From contig CM060733.1 of the NCBI GenBank assembly GCA_030704615.1, positions 70,246,001-70,310,000 of the forward strand: a DNA stretch of 64,000 bases. The letters run 5' to 3'. The stretch is from Takakia lepidozioides (taxonomy: Eukaryota; Plantae; Bryophyta). Below the pieces are notes generated by a model, which saw nothing but the letters and a program-made list of their open reading frames with translations, was not told the DNA's origin and did not search any database. Positions within the stretch are counted from its first letter, which is position 1; each line of letters begins with the position of its first letter. Positions 47,103 through 59,910 of the stretch are shown here, piece by piece. The position numbers were made by a program, and so were the translations under genes.

Positions 47103-50100
47103 TCAATTCCTTCTACTGCTTCGATGGCGGGACGAAGAAGATCTTAATCCTAATGCTCCGATGGGTTGAAAATCCGGGTCACCCTCGACTTCACCACCGT
47201 TGCCATGATCAGTGCTGGAATCGTCCTCCCTATCCGACCTCATATGTCCAGGCCTTTGAATCTGCAAGCGACCTCGAACCACATTTAGTTCTCTCTGAGG
47301 TCGACTCCCGCTCCGGTCTTGAATACCATCCACGGTATGACCTGTTTGTGGGCCGATCGCCTAAAAAGGTTGGACTGTTCTCTGTCGTTTATGGACTTGG
47401 GACGCAATCGAAGGTGGTCTCGAAGGCGGTACCGGAGTGGGGACTGCCCGAGATGAACCGACATTAGATGGTCCAGCATGTGAGGAACCACGGGTCTGCT
47501 ATGCAACACGTCGGTTAAGGTGGAATTGTACTGGCAGGTTGTCATCATCCGAGGCTTCAATTTCCGCCCGGTCCAATGCAGCAGAATGATGCATGCGTGT
47601 GGGAAAACAAATCAAACCCTGTTGCTCCTTAATGCCCGCTGTGTTGATGGGGAGCTGGATCGGTTTTGGCATTGTGGTGGAGCTGGTCGTATCGGTGAGG
47701 CATGATCCCGTCCTGTCGACTTTACAATGGGTTCGACACCATCATTTGTATGAACAGGGTTGCGTACGTCGATTGGTCCTGCCAGTACATCACCCCTAAG
47801 CTCCATTGGGGCACTACCGGTGGCTTCAGTGTGTAGTGGGGGGCGAGGGTTGACCCCAACTTCATTTTGAGGACCATGTTCTGGGGATGACACAATTGCA
47901 GCTTCACGTGCATCTGCGATACGCACTTCTTCAAGAAGGTCATCAGAGGTCAGCTAAATATAAACATCATCCTCTGTGAATGTAAACGGGTCATACGCAT
48001 TTTCGGGAGCATCATCCGATCCATCTTCACTATCCGAGGCAGATGATTCCCTCTGAGATGATTCTCTCTGAGGCTCAGTATCGTCACTCATCGAATCAAC
48101 CTCAGAAGAAGAGTCTTCGGAATGCAAATTCCTCTCATACCATGCTGCAGCATCATCCGCTGCCCTCTCACGTAGCAGTCGGCAATTGGTATATACATAC
48201 ACCAATTTGTCAGCCCTCGCGAGATTCAACCTGTTGCGAATCTTGTTGTGAACAAATGAGTAACTGCTCCAATTGCGTTCGCAAGATGAGGCAGAGCACA
48301 CTTGAGCAAGAACACGCTTCGCAATGGGAGCCAATGTTCTTGTTCCAGCTCCAATCAGATCCCACCATTCATGTGGCAGCATATTGAGCTCTTTTGGATC
48401 CGACATGTCCTCAAAAGGGTCGCGGCGATCTGAGAAGCATTGGTACTCGGATATAGCTCTCTTTGCACAGTTCGGCGGAGCCAGTCGCATAAGCACTCGC
48501 ACGAGACCGGCCTTGACATCAGCGTCGTCTCGGAGCATGATATTGTCGAGTAAGAATGGATTGAGCAAAGCCCCCGCATAATGCAAGTCCGTTCGAACCA
48601 TCGAATGACGATCGTAAAATGCATCCTCAGCACTGTCCGCAAGTTCAGGTTCCAAGGAGAAGGGAGGATGCCTCAAGGATTGGACGTGCTTATCAAGATT
48701 TTGCATTAGTAACCATGTCTTGCCCATTACTGGTTGCTTTCCATCAAACTCCCGCAAGACGATTAACACCGGCTCAACCATATAAACAAAGTTTTCATAT
48801 TTATTCCAGAAATCATTGCTGCGAATGCTATTTCGAATTTTTCGACTTTTGCCCAATGACTTGGCTTTTCTGGAATTCCACAATGTCCGTGTGTACGCAT
48901 CTCATTGAGGATCGATGATGGTGTGCTCCAGACTGCTCTTCACCAACCGATCCACCATCAAGAAGTTAGTGGCAAAACGAGTTTCGCCTGGATTGCGGAG
49001 GCTGTATTTGGGTTCGTGTCTCCTATATATTGCCAAAGGGATGTGGCGTGTGCGGATAAACGACACAATAGTCTTCGCTCGCTTGACGAGTTGTTTCACC
49101 CACTATTCTTTTCCCCAATCTTCCAAAAGGAGGTCAAGGATATGAGCAGCACAACCTTGATAGTACATATGGGGATAACGTGCCAATAACATGTTTGCAG
49201 TGTTTCTCATGTTAGCGGCATTGTCTGTGCATATTTGCACGATTCTATCACTTCCGACCTGTTCGATGAAGTCCGTCAATAGTTGGCATTGATAACGTCC
49301 ATCTTTATTCTCGCCGCTAGTGTCGACCGATCCCAAGAATTGTTCCCCAGCTAGACATACGAGCATGACATTGAACAACGATTTGTTTGTGACAGAACTC
49401 CAACCATCGGCACATATAGTGCTTCCACATTTTCTGATGCACTTGCCCGTCTTATCGTTGACCTTTTGGGTAAGCTCGGTCATGGCGTCTTCTAGCAATC
49501 CTGTGCGGAGATTGTGATAAGTCGGAGGCACGTACGTGGATCTGGACTCCGAGGTTGCTCTAACAGCAGAAACAAATGCCGGAAGCCTTGCCACATTAAA
49601 TGGTATGTTGGCCTCGAAGAAAAACTGCGCCCATTTTTTATCCAACTGTCTTTTCGCAGACAAGTTAAGACATTCTTGCATGGATTGCTGCCGTAATCCT
49701 CTACTCCGTTGAAGTGTAGGGGTACAAATAGGTGTTGAAGCAGGTGTTGCTCCGGCACAACCCACTTGTCCAAGGACACCCGAAGCCTCACAAGAGTCGC
49801 CCTGGGTACTAATCGGGGCATCCTGACGGGAAGATGGAGTGTTCTGCTCAGAGGTCATGTCCACATCCAAAGACATTGGAATATTGCCTCCACACTGGGC
49901 AAAGTGGCATTTTACCCGTATAGATGCTTTGGGGCATAAACCCACCCCAACGCTCTTCACACCTTTATAGCCGAGATGAGCGAGCAACCGATCCTTACGA
50001 TAAGAAAGCTTTAATCCACATAGGTTGCACTCAACACTACCAGTGGCACTGATAGTGTTCGGGATTGTCGTATACCAAGGGCTCCATTCCTCCCTCATCT

Positions 50101-50104
50101 TCAC
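47103..50104 (-). pseudogene. hAT transposase (BED finger, DUF659, hAT dimerization domain) with three in-frame nonsense codons
   Basis: VECNLC...LLAHL, CADGWS, QICTDNAANM, GCAAHILDLLLED, ETRFAT, WWDLIG...SASSCERNWS. ORFs 49103-50104, 48902-49099, 47954-48883 and 47612-47926 are all in one frame. The tail to 47103 is tentative. Confidence 0.9.
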
Positions 50105-50577
50105 CCAATATCCACTCCCCTGGGACCTAGCGATGCAAACAACAAAAAATAGTCATCTATAAATGAACGTGTTGTGAATGTAGAGTGCAATGCGATAGCC
50201 CAACACTTCTACACCTGTCAGCAACCCAAGTGGGTCGATGTGGGTTGTAGTGTTGAGCTTATACACAATCTGCTGAAGTAGCTTTGGTGGAAGCCACAAC
50301 GGCAAAAGGTGCACACCCTGCTCTTGGGCTACACTCTTGTTCAATGGAAGATAACATCCAAAGCAACCTCAAGTGTTTGCGCCAAAAGAAGTGAAGAGCT
50401 TGGTGACCCTCCTCCCTTATATATGATCCAAGAGGGATGAAAGTGAGATGAAAGTGAAATGAATAAATGACAAAACAATAGCGCCCACCCAAAAAAGGCT
50501 ATATAACCATATTTGTTGTAATTTTGAAATTAAACAACCACTAATACTACGGTCCGTATTTTTATTTTTTATGAAAA

Positions 50578-50889
50578 ACAAGCGACCGCCACTACTGCGG
50601 TTGCTTTTATTTCCTTTCATTTTGTGCAATGTTGCGGTAACTTCTATTTTGTATATTTTTAAATTTAAGCGACCGCCAAGATAGCGGTCGTTATTTCTTT
50701 TTTTAATCGAAAAATAAAGCGACCGCCAGTGCGACCGCCAATCTTGCTTTTATTGAAAACAAATTTGAAGCGACCACCAATATGGTGGTCGCTATTTCTT
50801 TTTCTATTTCGAAAAATAAAGCGACCGCCAGTGCGACCGCCAATCTTGCTTTAAAAAAAAAACAATTGAAACGACCGCCAATACGGCAG
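50578..50889. repeat. GCGACCGCC subterminal repeat block on the 5' side of the hAT transposase
   Basis: Repeated aaataaagcgaccgccagtgcgaccgccaatcttgc. Confidence 0.75.
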
Positions 50890-50890
50890 C

Positions 50891-52306
50891 CAAGAACTTA
50901 TTTGACTCAGGGAAGTTAACTCATTTGATGCAGCCGGGTTTTGCCTGGTCCCGAGGGATGATATCCCATGTTTTCACATGGAGGAGGACGTTGGTGCCCA
51001 ACAACCCGGAGCTCATCAGAATCGGGACTATTACCCCAAGAGCAGATGGGGCAAACAATATAACCGAAAAAAACACCTTCGACGAAGGTGAGATTGGCGA
51101 TGTCACTGCAAGGTATCGTTCAGAACTTCCGTGATGTTCCTCGACCGGGGATGGGAAGAGTGTATACCATCAGTACTTCAGGCTCAACAACCAATGGGAT
51201 GGTTTATTATGTCTCAATTGGCATTTACCCGGAGTGCACATGTCCCGACTTTGTGAAGATGCGTAATCTGCAAGGAAGGGTACACCTACTGCAATCACAT
51301 ATACTAGATTTTTCTTCGGCATCTCCGCTGTAGTGCTGACAGCCCCACAATTAATTATCCTACTTTGAGTATGAACGAGGTCAGTGCAATCCTTCGTAAT
51401 GATCCCTGTGTTTGGTTGAAATAACATGATTAGAGGTGTCCTTTTGCGAGGGAAGATGAGGAGCATTTGCCTGCGATATCACCTTATGTTCTGGATGCAC
51501 CGCTTTTCGTTCCAATGATCATTCTTTAAAAAACAGTAAAATTCATTCCATACGTCTATTGCCACTTGTCAGAAAGGATCTTGTACTATTTTGCAAGTTT
51601 GTGCCGACTTACCGATGAGCGGTCTCTGACTTTCCGAATGTTCTTCTAGTTTGTTTTTGCTCCTTGTTCAGAAATTGCAAGATCAATTTTTTTTTTTGGT
51701 ATTTTCATATTTTATGACGTTCACCGAGGTAGTGTGCTTGAAGCTGGAAAGTCATGCCAAACGCATTTCATGGTGGGATGGGAATCGGTAAGTCTGTGCA
51801 GACTTTATAGTATATAACAGTATGACATCCGACAAGTCTGTGCAGACTTCTCAACTGCAACTTCTGAAAAATTAAAAAGCTCATAACATTAAATACATAC
51901 ATATTAAACTTACATAATAGATAGCAGGTATAAAATAGGCAGCCGAAGTCTGTGCCGATTTCTCGGAAATGGACTGTCCGTCATCATGAAATAGTCAAAT
52001 TTGTCCACGGTTATACAAGGAAGGCCTAATCCTGTGGTAGCCCCATGACTTGTTTGGAAGACCAGAGTATTGTGGAAGTCGACACCAACTTCCAGATTTA
52101 GAGAACCCCCGAACCTACGTACGCATCTGAACCTGCCTCCAATATCCTATTATCCGGGGACATCTTGGATATTTTAACTGCAAAAAATGCCGAAATGCAG
52201 CTCCACAAGGTCTGAAATGAGGGAATATTCCCCCAAATATGCTCTGCTCATGTTTATTTTTGCTTCTGCTCATGCTTAAATGTGCTCATTGCTCATAGAG
52301 AATCCC
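50891..52306 (+). mobile_element. 3' fragment of a third MULE/SWIM element with a TIR-like right end
   Basis: DVPRPGMGRVYTI...YPECTCPDF...LSMNEV is homologous to the C-terminus of 766-2151. It ends in GCTCATG repeats and gctcatagagaatccc, resembling the 19820 terminus. Confidence 0.7.
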
Positions 52307-52489
52307 GGTTATCAGCGTCACGTCCGTCCGTCAGCGTCAGGTCACGTCAGACCTGATGCTGACAGGACCTCCGTCACGTCAAGTTCGGGGAATATTCTGG
52401 TAAAAATAGTATCAAGTAAAATACTGCCACTTAAGCAGCCACGTCGCCGACACGGCGGCAGTGACAAATACATTTTGAAAATTAACAAA

Positions 52490-53256
52490 ATGAACACGAC
52501 CGCCAATTCACTTTGTTTTTCGAAATTAAAAAAGAAATAGCGACCGCCGTATTGGCGGTCGCTTCAATTTTTATTTTTTTTAAAGCAAGATTGGCGGTCG
52601 CCTTATTTTTTGAAATAGAAAAAGAAATAGCGACCGTCATATTGGCGGTCGCTTCAAATGTGTTTTTTTTCAAAGCAAGATTGGTGGTCGCACTGGCAGT
52701 CGCCTTATTTTTCGAATTAAAAAAACAAATAGCAACCGCTATGTTTGCGGTCGCTTCAATTTATTTTTAAGAAAAAACAAGATTGACAGTCGTATTGGCG
52801 GTCGCCTAATTTAAAAAAGAAAACAAGCGACTGCCGTATTGACGGTCGCACGGTGGCAAATATATTTTTGAAAATTAACAAAATGAACGCGACTGCCAAT
52901 TATGGCGGTCGCTTTGTTTTTCAAAATTAAAAAAGAAATAGCAACCGCCGTATTGGCGGTCGCTTGAATTTTTATTTATTTTTAAAGCAAGATTGGCGGT
53001 CGCACTGGTGGTCGCCTTATTTTTTGAATTAAAAAAACAAATAGCGACCACTATGCTGGCGGTCGCTTCAATTTATTGTTTAAAAAAAACAAGATTGGCG
53101 GTTGTATTGGCGGTCGCCTAATTTAAAAAAGAAAACAAGCGACTGCCGTATTGGCGGTCGCATGGTGGCAAATACATTTTTGAAAATTAACAAAATAAAC
53201 GCGACTGCCAATTATGGCGGTTGCTTTGTTTTTCGAAATTAAAAAAAAAATAGCGA
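52490..53256. repeat. GGCGGTCGC repeat block, inverted homolog of 50655-50889, with an internal ~300-370-bp duplication
   Basis: aaagcaagattggcggtcgcactgg units. 52545-52768 is approximately the reverse complement of 50655-50889. Confidence 0.75.
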
Positions 53257-53385
53257 GGCCATACCTGTGGTGGCTCTGGTTTGTCCTTCGTATCTTGATG
53301 GACTCCCCCATGAACACACTGTTGAATGTCATGAGGACAAAACTAGTACTCATGCAATTTCTTATTTGCAAAAATTGGGTTTTTC

Positions 53386-54443
53386 AGGCAATGCTGCACC
53401 CGTTGAGGGTAGATCAGCCGAGAAGTCTGCACAGACTTCCCCGGACTTATCCATTTTCAGGCATTGCGTGTGTCATTTTCAAGCGATGCACGTGTCGCGT
53501 AGGCACGCGTTGGGGGTAGATCAGCCGGGAAATCTACACATACTTCCAGAATTATCCGTTTCCAGGCACTGTGTGTGCCATTTTCAGGCGAAGCACATGT
53601 CGCGTAGGCACCTGTTGGGGGTAGATCAGCCGGGGAGTCTCCACAGACGTTCCGAAATTCTCTGTTTCCAGGCACTGCGTGTGCCATTTTCAGGCGATGC
53701 ACGTGTCGCGTAGGCACCCGTTGGGGGTAGATCAGCCGGGAAGTCTGCACAGACTTCTCGGAATTATCCGTTTTCAGGCATTGCGTGTGCCATTTTCAGG
53801 CGATGCACGTGTCGCGTAGGCACCCGTTGGGGTTAGATCAGCCGGGGAGCAAACTTCCCGGAATTATCCGTTTTCAGGCACTGCGTGTGCCATTTTCAGG
53901 CGATGCACGTGTCGCGTAGGCACCCGTTGGGGGTAGATCAGCCGGGAAGTCTGCACAGACTTCCCGGAATTATCCGTTTTCAGGCATTGTGTGTGCCATT
54001 TTCAGGCGATGTACGTGTCGCGTAGGCACCCGTTGGGGGTAGATCAGCCGGGAAGTCTGCACAGACTTCTTGGAATTATCCGTTTTCACGCACTGCGTGT
54101 GCCATTTTCAGGCGATGCACGTTCGCGTAGGCAGCCGTTGGGGGTAGATCAGCCGAGAAGTCTGAAGAGACTTCTTGGAATTATCCGTTTTCAGGCATTA
54201 CATGTGCCATTTTTAGGCGATGTTGTATCCGTTGGGGGTAGATGAGCCGGGAAATCTACACAGACTTCCCGGAATTATCCGTTTTCAGGCACTGCGTATG
54301 CCATTTTCAGGCGATGCACGTGTCGCGTAGGCACCCGTTGGGGGTAGATCAGCCGGGAAGTCTGCACAGACTTCCCGGAATTATCCGTTTTCAGGCACTG
54401 CGTGTGCCATTTTCAGGCGATGCACGTGTCGCATAGGCACCCC
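53386..54443 (+). repeat. 106-bp tandem satellite (~10 units) containing the palindrome CCGGGAAGTCTG-CA-CAGACTTCCCGG and a CACGTGTC G-box/ABRE
   Basis: Unit measured from 53921 to 54027. Units are highly similar. Confidence 0.9.
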
Positions 54444-55208
54444 TTAACTGTGCGCAGCAGACTGAGGAGCCGGAGGAGTCTGATGTTAATTGGCGCCACA
54501 AACGCACCTCTAGGAAGGGCAAATCTAAGGCTCACCTTTCCTTCGAGTCCTCTACACGTAGAAATGATGTAGTTTAAGATCTAGCTCCTCCCTGATTGCT
54601 GCAGAACCATCTCCTTAGCTTCTGCAGCCTCCTTCGGTTTTTGGGTCACGGGCCGGTGCTTTCTCAGCTTCCATGGCCTTAAAATACCATTCTAGGCCTA
54701 TACCTGCTTAAGGGGGCTCTACCCTATTGTTTCTTCTTCCTTTTTAAGAATCTTGCTTATATCTTGGTTCTAAAACATCATCTTCAAACCAAACCTGCAA
54801 TCTGGTTTTTGAAATGAGTTTAAAATGGATTCTTGAGATGATGATGTGTACTATTGTGTATCTTTTGAGGTTATTTTTTCCTCTTTTTATAAATAAAATT
54901 CTCAGGGCCACTGTTCCCTGTTTATTTTATAAAAAAAAAAAGCCCACCCCGAAACATTTGAACCCTGAGATTCTGGATCTTTTCAGATATATCTTGACGT
55001 CCATTATTGTAAATCCAACGGTTTAAATTTTAATTCCTATAGGGTCACGGAGAGGACAGTCGGGGGGACGGAAGCTTTGCTCTCCGCGAGGAAGACGAGA
55101 GCTCGCTGTGCCTTGTGGGGGTGGCTCTGCTGCGTGCTCTTGTGGATCACACACAAGTCTTTGGTTTCACCTTGACCGGGTTTCTCAGGTGCTTGAACGC
55201 TTTATCTA

Positions 55209-58200
55209 ATGATTTATACCGTTCTAGACACTTTCTATGTCTCCAGCGATCAAATTGTTAATTCGCCTTCAAGGAAGGATGGCGTCGACGAGAAGACTGA
55301 AGACGTCTTGCGGCACTGTGGCTGCGACATGATACAAGAGAGTGGCATCTTGTTGAGATTGTATCCTCTCAAAAGTACTGCTTACACTCGTACTCCACGA
55401 GTGATGTTTGGCGACACTCTGCATGTTCATGTTCATGAATGCTGTGATGTTCTGTAGTTGTGCAATGCTGAGTTTGAGTTGCTTAGTTTGAATAATCTTT
55501 CCCAGCTTTGCTATGCAGTAGTCAGTTGCCCTGGTCGAAATTTAGGGTTTTGTTTTTTTGGGGGTTTCCATCCTTGACCCGACTTCTGCAGGCCTCAAGC
55601 AGTTATGGCAACAGGGCAAGTACTTTTCCATCGCTTCTATTGCAAGAAATCCTTCGCACGTTTCAATGTTAAGGTATGTTGTTCTGCAGACTCGGAAGTT
55701 CACGTTCGACTTGGTCTGTGTTTACTGTGATTTCCATGTTTCCACGTCCTTGTCGTGTCCCTTAAAATTTCTGATGCTGACTCCCGTTATGTGCAGAGGG
55801 TGGCAGGAAGTTGTGTCTGGTTAGCAGCAAAGCTTGAAGAGAGCCCTCGAAAGATTCGGGATGTTCTACAAGTATTTCACCGAATGGAGCGCCGGCGTGA
55901 AAACCTACCTCTTGAGCTCTTGGAGCTCATGTCCCAGGTATTTCCTGCAATCCAAGGGTATGCAATTGCTTTCCAAGCAAGCAGGCTTTTTAGTTTTATT
56001 TTGTGCCTGCGTGGGACATTGCCTTCATTGACAAAAACTGATGCTTTGGTACATATTGCAGAAGCAAGAGGAGATGAAGACTGACTTGATCAGAACTGAA
56101 CGACATCTGTTGAAGGAAATGGGATTCATATGTCATGTTGAGCACCCTCATAAGTTTATTCTGAGCTATTTGAAGGTGCTTGAAGCAGTTGAGCTCTCGC
56201 AGGAGGCTTGGAATCTTGCAAATGACAGGTGAGAGATGCCAGACAGACTTCATCACCATGGAAGGTGGAATACCGCACTGGTCTACTTTTCTTGGATTTA
56301 CTTTGGCTTTGGAGTTCGACTGTTGAACAATTGCTTTTTCGTTCTGGCAGGCTCGGCTTTAACTGGGAGGATTCTAAAATTATCTTGAATGCTATGAAGG
56401 CTCCACCATTGTTCCAGTTTGCACCTTGAGGTTATAGTGTTGAGCTTGCATCAGTTGTTTGATGCCTTGATATAAGGTGGTTGTATAAATGCATAGGATT
56501 GAATTCTATTTCATCTTGGGATCAAGGGAAAGATGTGGAGAGTTGTCCATAACTTGTATGCTCACACCAAAAGCTGGGTCACTGTTAATGGACAGAAGTC
56601 AACTTCTTTGACATAGACCAAGGTGTAGCTCAAGGATGTACCCTCTCCCCTCTGCTCTTAAATGTTTTCATCAATCAACTCCTCGAGGATGTGGAAAGTG
56701 AGGGATTTGGGTTAAGGGTGGGTGATACCACCACAGCCCTTATGTTTGCGGATGACTTCGCAGGCATAGGGGAGACTCCTTCCAACCTCCAGGAGTTGAT
56801 TGATTGCGCGAAGAGATACTTTGATCTTTGGGGGCTAGAGGCTAATGTCAGTAAATGTGCAGTGGTGGCATTTAACGACAGAGGAGAGGGAGGAAGTGAT
56901 CTCAAGTTGCAGCGGGGTAGCCAAGAGATTCCGGTCCTCCCTTCCTACACTTACCTGGGCGTTGAGTTTTCCTCCAACTGTCATTGAGATGCACATATTC
57001 GGAAAGTTGTTCAAACTGGCAAGGGCAAAGCGCTGGGTCTCACTAAATTTTTCCACTGCAGAGGGGTCAACTCTGAGGTTAAGAAAACCATGCTTTGTCG
57101 CGTTACTAGACCTGCCTTGGAGTACGGATCTGTAATATGGGTCGATAACTCCAACCAGGCTAAGTCTTTAGAATCCATTCAAGTGGGGGTGCTTAAGGAG
57201 TGCATGTCAGCATGCTCCGAAACAGCCAATGTGGCTGTTCGGGGTGAGCTTGGCATCCCGTCCTTAAGCTCCCGACGAGATGAATTCAAGGTCAGGTGGT
57301 GGGGTCAGCTGCAACATATGTCCAACACCAGATATCCTAAGTTAATCGACTCTATATCTTGGAAACAGGACTGCCCGTCAAACAGGCCAAGTCCTGGCAG
57401 AAGAGAATAGAAGAGATTCTCAAGGATCTTGATCTGGACCCGCAAGTCTTGACCCTGCTGGATAAATCTGACTTAGAGGCTGTAGTGTCCAAAGCCATGT
57501 CTGTTGCCATGAAATTGTCTGATGAAAATGAAGTTAGGCAGAAAACTTCCCTGAACTTGTTTCCAGTCTGTGACATGGGGGAGGACATCATGGATGACCT
57601 CAAGGATCTACCCACTCTCGGCACTAGACTGAAATTCAAACTCAGGGCAGGAAGCCTACCTTTGAACAGCAAACAGAAGCAGAGAGGAAAGGGAGAGTGC
57701 AAATGCCCGTTGTGTGGGCAACCTGAAGACAATATTCATTTCCTGATTCACTGTCCGGGGTTCTCTTACCAGAGAGACCCTCTCCTCAAATCTATCAAGG
57801 GAATTGTGCCTGTACCTCTGTTTACCAACTTTGAAAGTCTCGAGGCTGAGCCAAAAGCCCAGGCCCTTCTGGGGCCTAGTTACTGGGCAAACCACACACA
57901 GCAGATTGATGCTTGTGTGAAGGGATTTCTAGAGGATATCTGGAAAACCCGGATCAATGCTCTATACCAAGGTAAGTCTTACTACCAACTTCAGCCCCTG
58001 ACAGAGGTAGGTTCTGTCCCTTTGTGTTCCGCTCAAACTGGGCACGGGGTCAATGGCCCCAAGGCTACGGCAAACAACGTCTTATGAGTACATTCTATTT
58101 CGATCTTGCAGCATGTGCACGTTCATGTATATGCAGGAGATCCTAATGTTAAACTATGGTCATCATTTTTGCAGCTTGCGTACTACACTGTGTGTCCGCT

Positions 58201-59910
58201 TCAGAAGTGAGGTAGTGGCATGCGGAGTTGTGTACGCTGCAGGACGACGATCCAAAGTGCCACTCCCTGACAAGTGGTGGGAAGTCTTTGATGCTAAATG
58301 GAGTGACGTTGAGGAGGTCTGCAGAGTTCTTGCAGGTCTGTACTGTCAGCCAAAGGCTCAGTACACTGAAGTTGGAAGAGGCTCCAATTCATTTGTATTG
58401 ACCAGCAAAGCCTGGGATATCCCAGCAGAAATGCCGGTAAGTGCACTTATCCATGTGTGCTTGCTATTTTTTATGTTACAGCAGGTATCTCCAAGGGATT
58501 TGGTGATTTGACTGCATCTTAGAGGGTGCTTGGTGAAATCACGTTTCCTCAATACTATAGATACTCAGAAGTTGCATGTGTGCAGGAAGGAGTGAAGAAG
58601 TTGATGGCTAATGGAGCAGCAACCCCTATTGATCAAGTACCTACCTCTCCAAGATCTGATGACAGAGTTGCTAAGGATGCTACTTTAGCAGGGACATTAG
58701 ATAGTTTGAAAATTTCTGCAGTGAAGGATGTGAGGAAGGATCTGGAAGAAGTACAAGTGCCTTCTACAAACGGTGAGCTAAGGGATGATGCTGCAGCAGA
58801 AAACAAGGAAACATTAAATCATTCTGCTGATGGAGCAGGGGACAAGGACAGGGATAGATTCAAGGTTCGGGAATGGGAAACTGGCCGAGATTGGGATGGG
58901 GAGCGCGAGAGAGAGCGTGGACGGCATGAAAGGGATAGGGACAGAGAGAAGGTTAGGGGAAAGGAGAGGGAGCGGTACCGAGAAAATGCTAAGGATAAGG
59001 ACTATCGGCACAAAGAGAGAAGCAGGGTCTTAGGTGTGTTATACAAACTGGGTTGCATGTTTTGTGCCGTGTTTTAGGTAGCTTGGAAGGCCCCTCTGTT
59101 TCCTGGTCTGTGACTGCCACCATGGATCCATGGAGGTGCAAAGTAGTAACATTCCACGTATTCTCTTCTTGATAATGTTCTTGGTAGGATCAATATGTCA
59201 ATTGCTTAATGATAAGCATGTGGGCTGATTTCAGTGGATCTCGCCCCCCAGCAGCTGTTGAACGGTCTTGGCTGCCAGAGCAGGAGCTTGGTCATGCTTG
59301 TGTGTGCAGGAGTTTAGGTGATGGATGCATTTGAACCTGGCGAAAATGTTGACTTTTACTTGGGACTCATGGTTGAGGCCGTTCAACAGCTGCTTAGTTG
59401 AGGATTTGGGTTGCATGATGATGACTTTGCTTATACCCAAGCTGTCTGCCCGGTAAGCCTGTGAGTTGACTTGGCTAAGAGTGTGTTTGTTCAAGCACCT
59501 GCCATTTTCCCAGTTCTGTCAATACCTTCATTTCTACGTCTCATACATGTTACATGTACGTATAACTGTCTATAGAGGGAAAATCTTAACAGACTTCTTG
59601 GGGTGGGGGGATTTCGCAGGCCATTCTGAAAAGCTGTGGCCATATTCATCGACTCGAGGCAAGTGTTTAATGTTACCAGTATCTTAGTACTATGGCTGTC
59701 TATTTGAATTGAAGTCTTCAGATTGCATGGTCAGATTGTGGTTGGGCTAGTGATATGACCCTTTGGTGAGAGGCTTTTGCTTTGATGACACATTCATCAT
59801 GGACTATCCGTTCTCATGTATTTGTTGGTTCGTACTTTGCAGATAGAGAAGCTCTGGTAGCCGTTAGAGACAAGGATCGATATCGTAATCATCATCGTCC
59901 AAATGGGTGA
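55209..59910 (+). CDS. CYCL1: Cyclin L1; exons 55209-55360, 55592-55673, 55797-55937, 56062-56228, 58175-58436, 58586-59033, 59620-59658, 59843-59910
   Basis: MIYTVLDTFY...[29 protein letters not shown]...LAAKLEESPRK...EMGFICHVEHPHKFI...AWNLANDSLRTTLCVRFRSEVVACGVVYAA, followed by an RD/RE-rich tail. All exon phases are consistent. The last two small exons are less certain. Confidence 0.92.
56519..58091 (+). mobile_element. 5'-truncated LINE (RT domains 4-7 and C-terminal CCHC) in CYCL1 intron 4
   Basis: QGVAQGCTLSPLL, MFADD, YTYLGV, CPLCGQPEDNIHFLIHC, with stops and frameshifts. Flanking direct repeat ATTCTATTTC(G)ATCTTG at 56503-56518 and 58092-58108. Confidence 0.85.
59250..59394 (+). ncRNA. 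Candidate long intronic RNA hairpin (pre-miRNA-like) in CYCL1 intron 6
   Basis: 59250-59274 pairs with 59370-59394 (16 Watson-Crick pairs, then a G-U-rich extension). Inner stem gtttaggtg/catttgaac. Confidence 0.4.
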
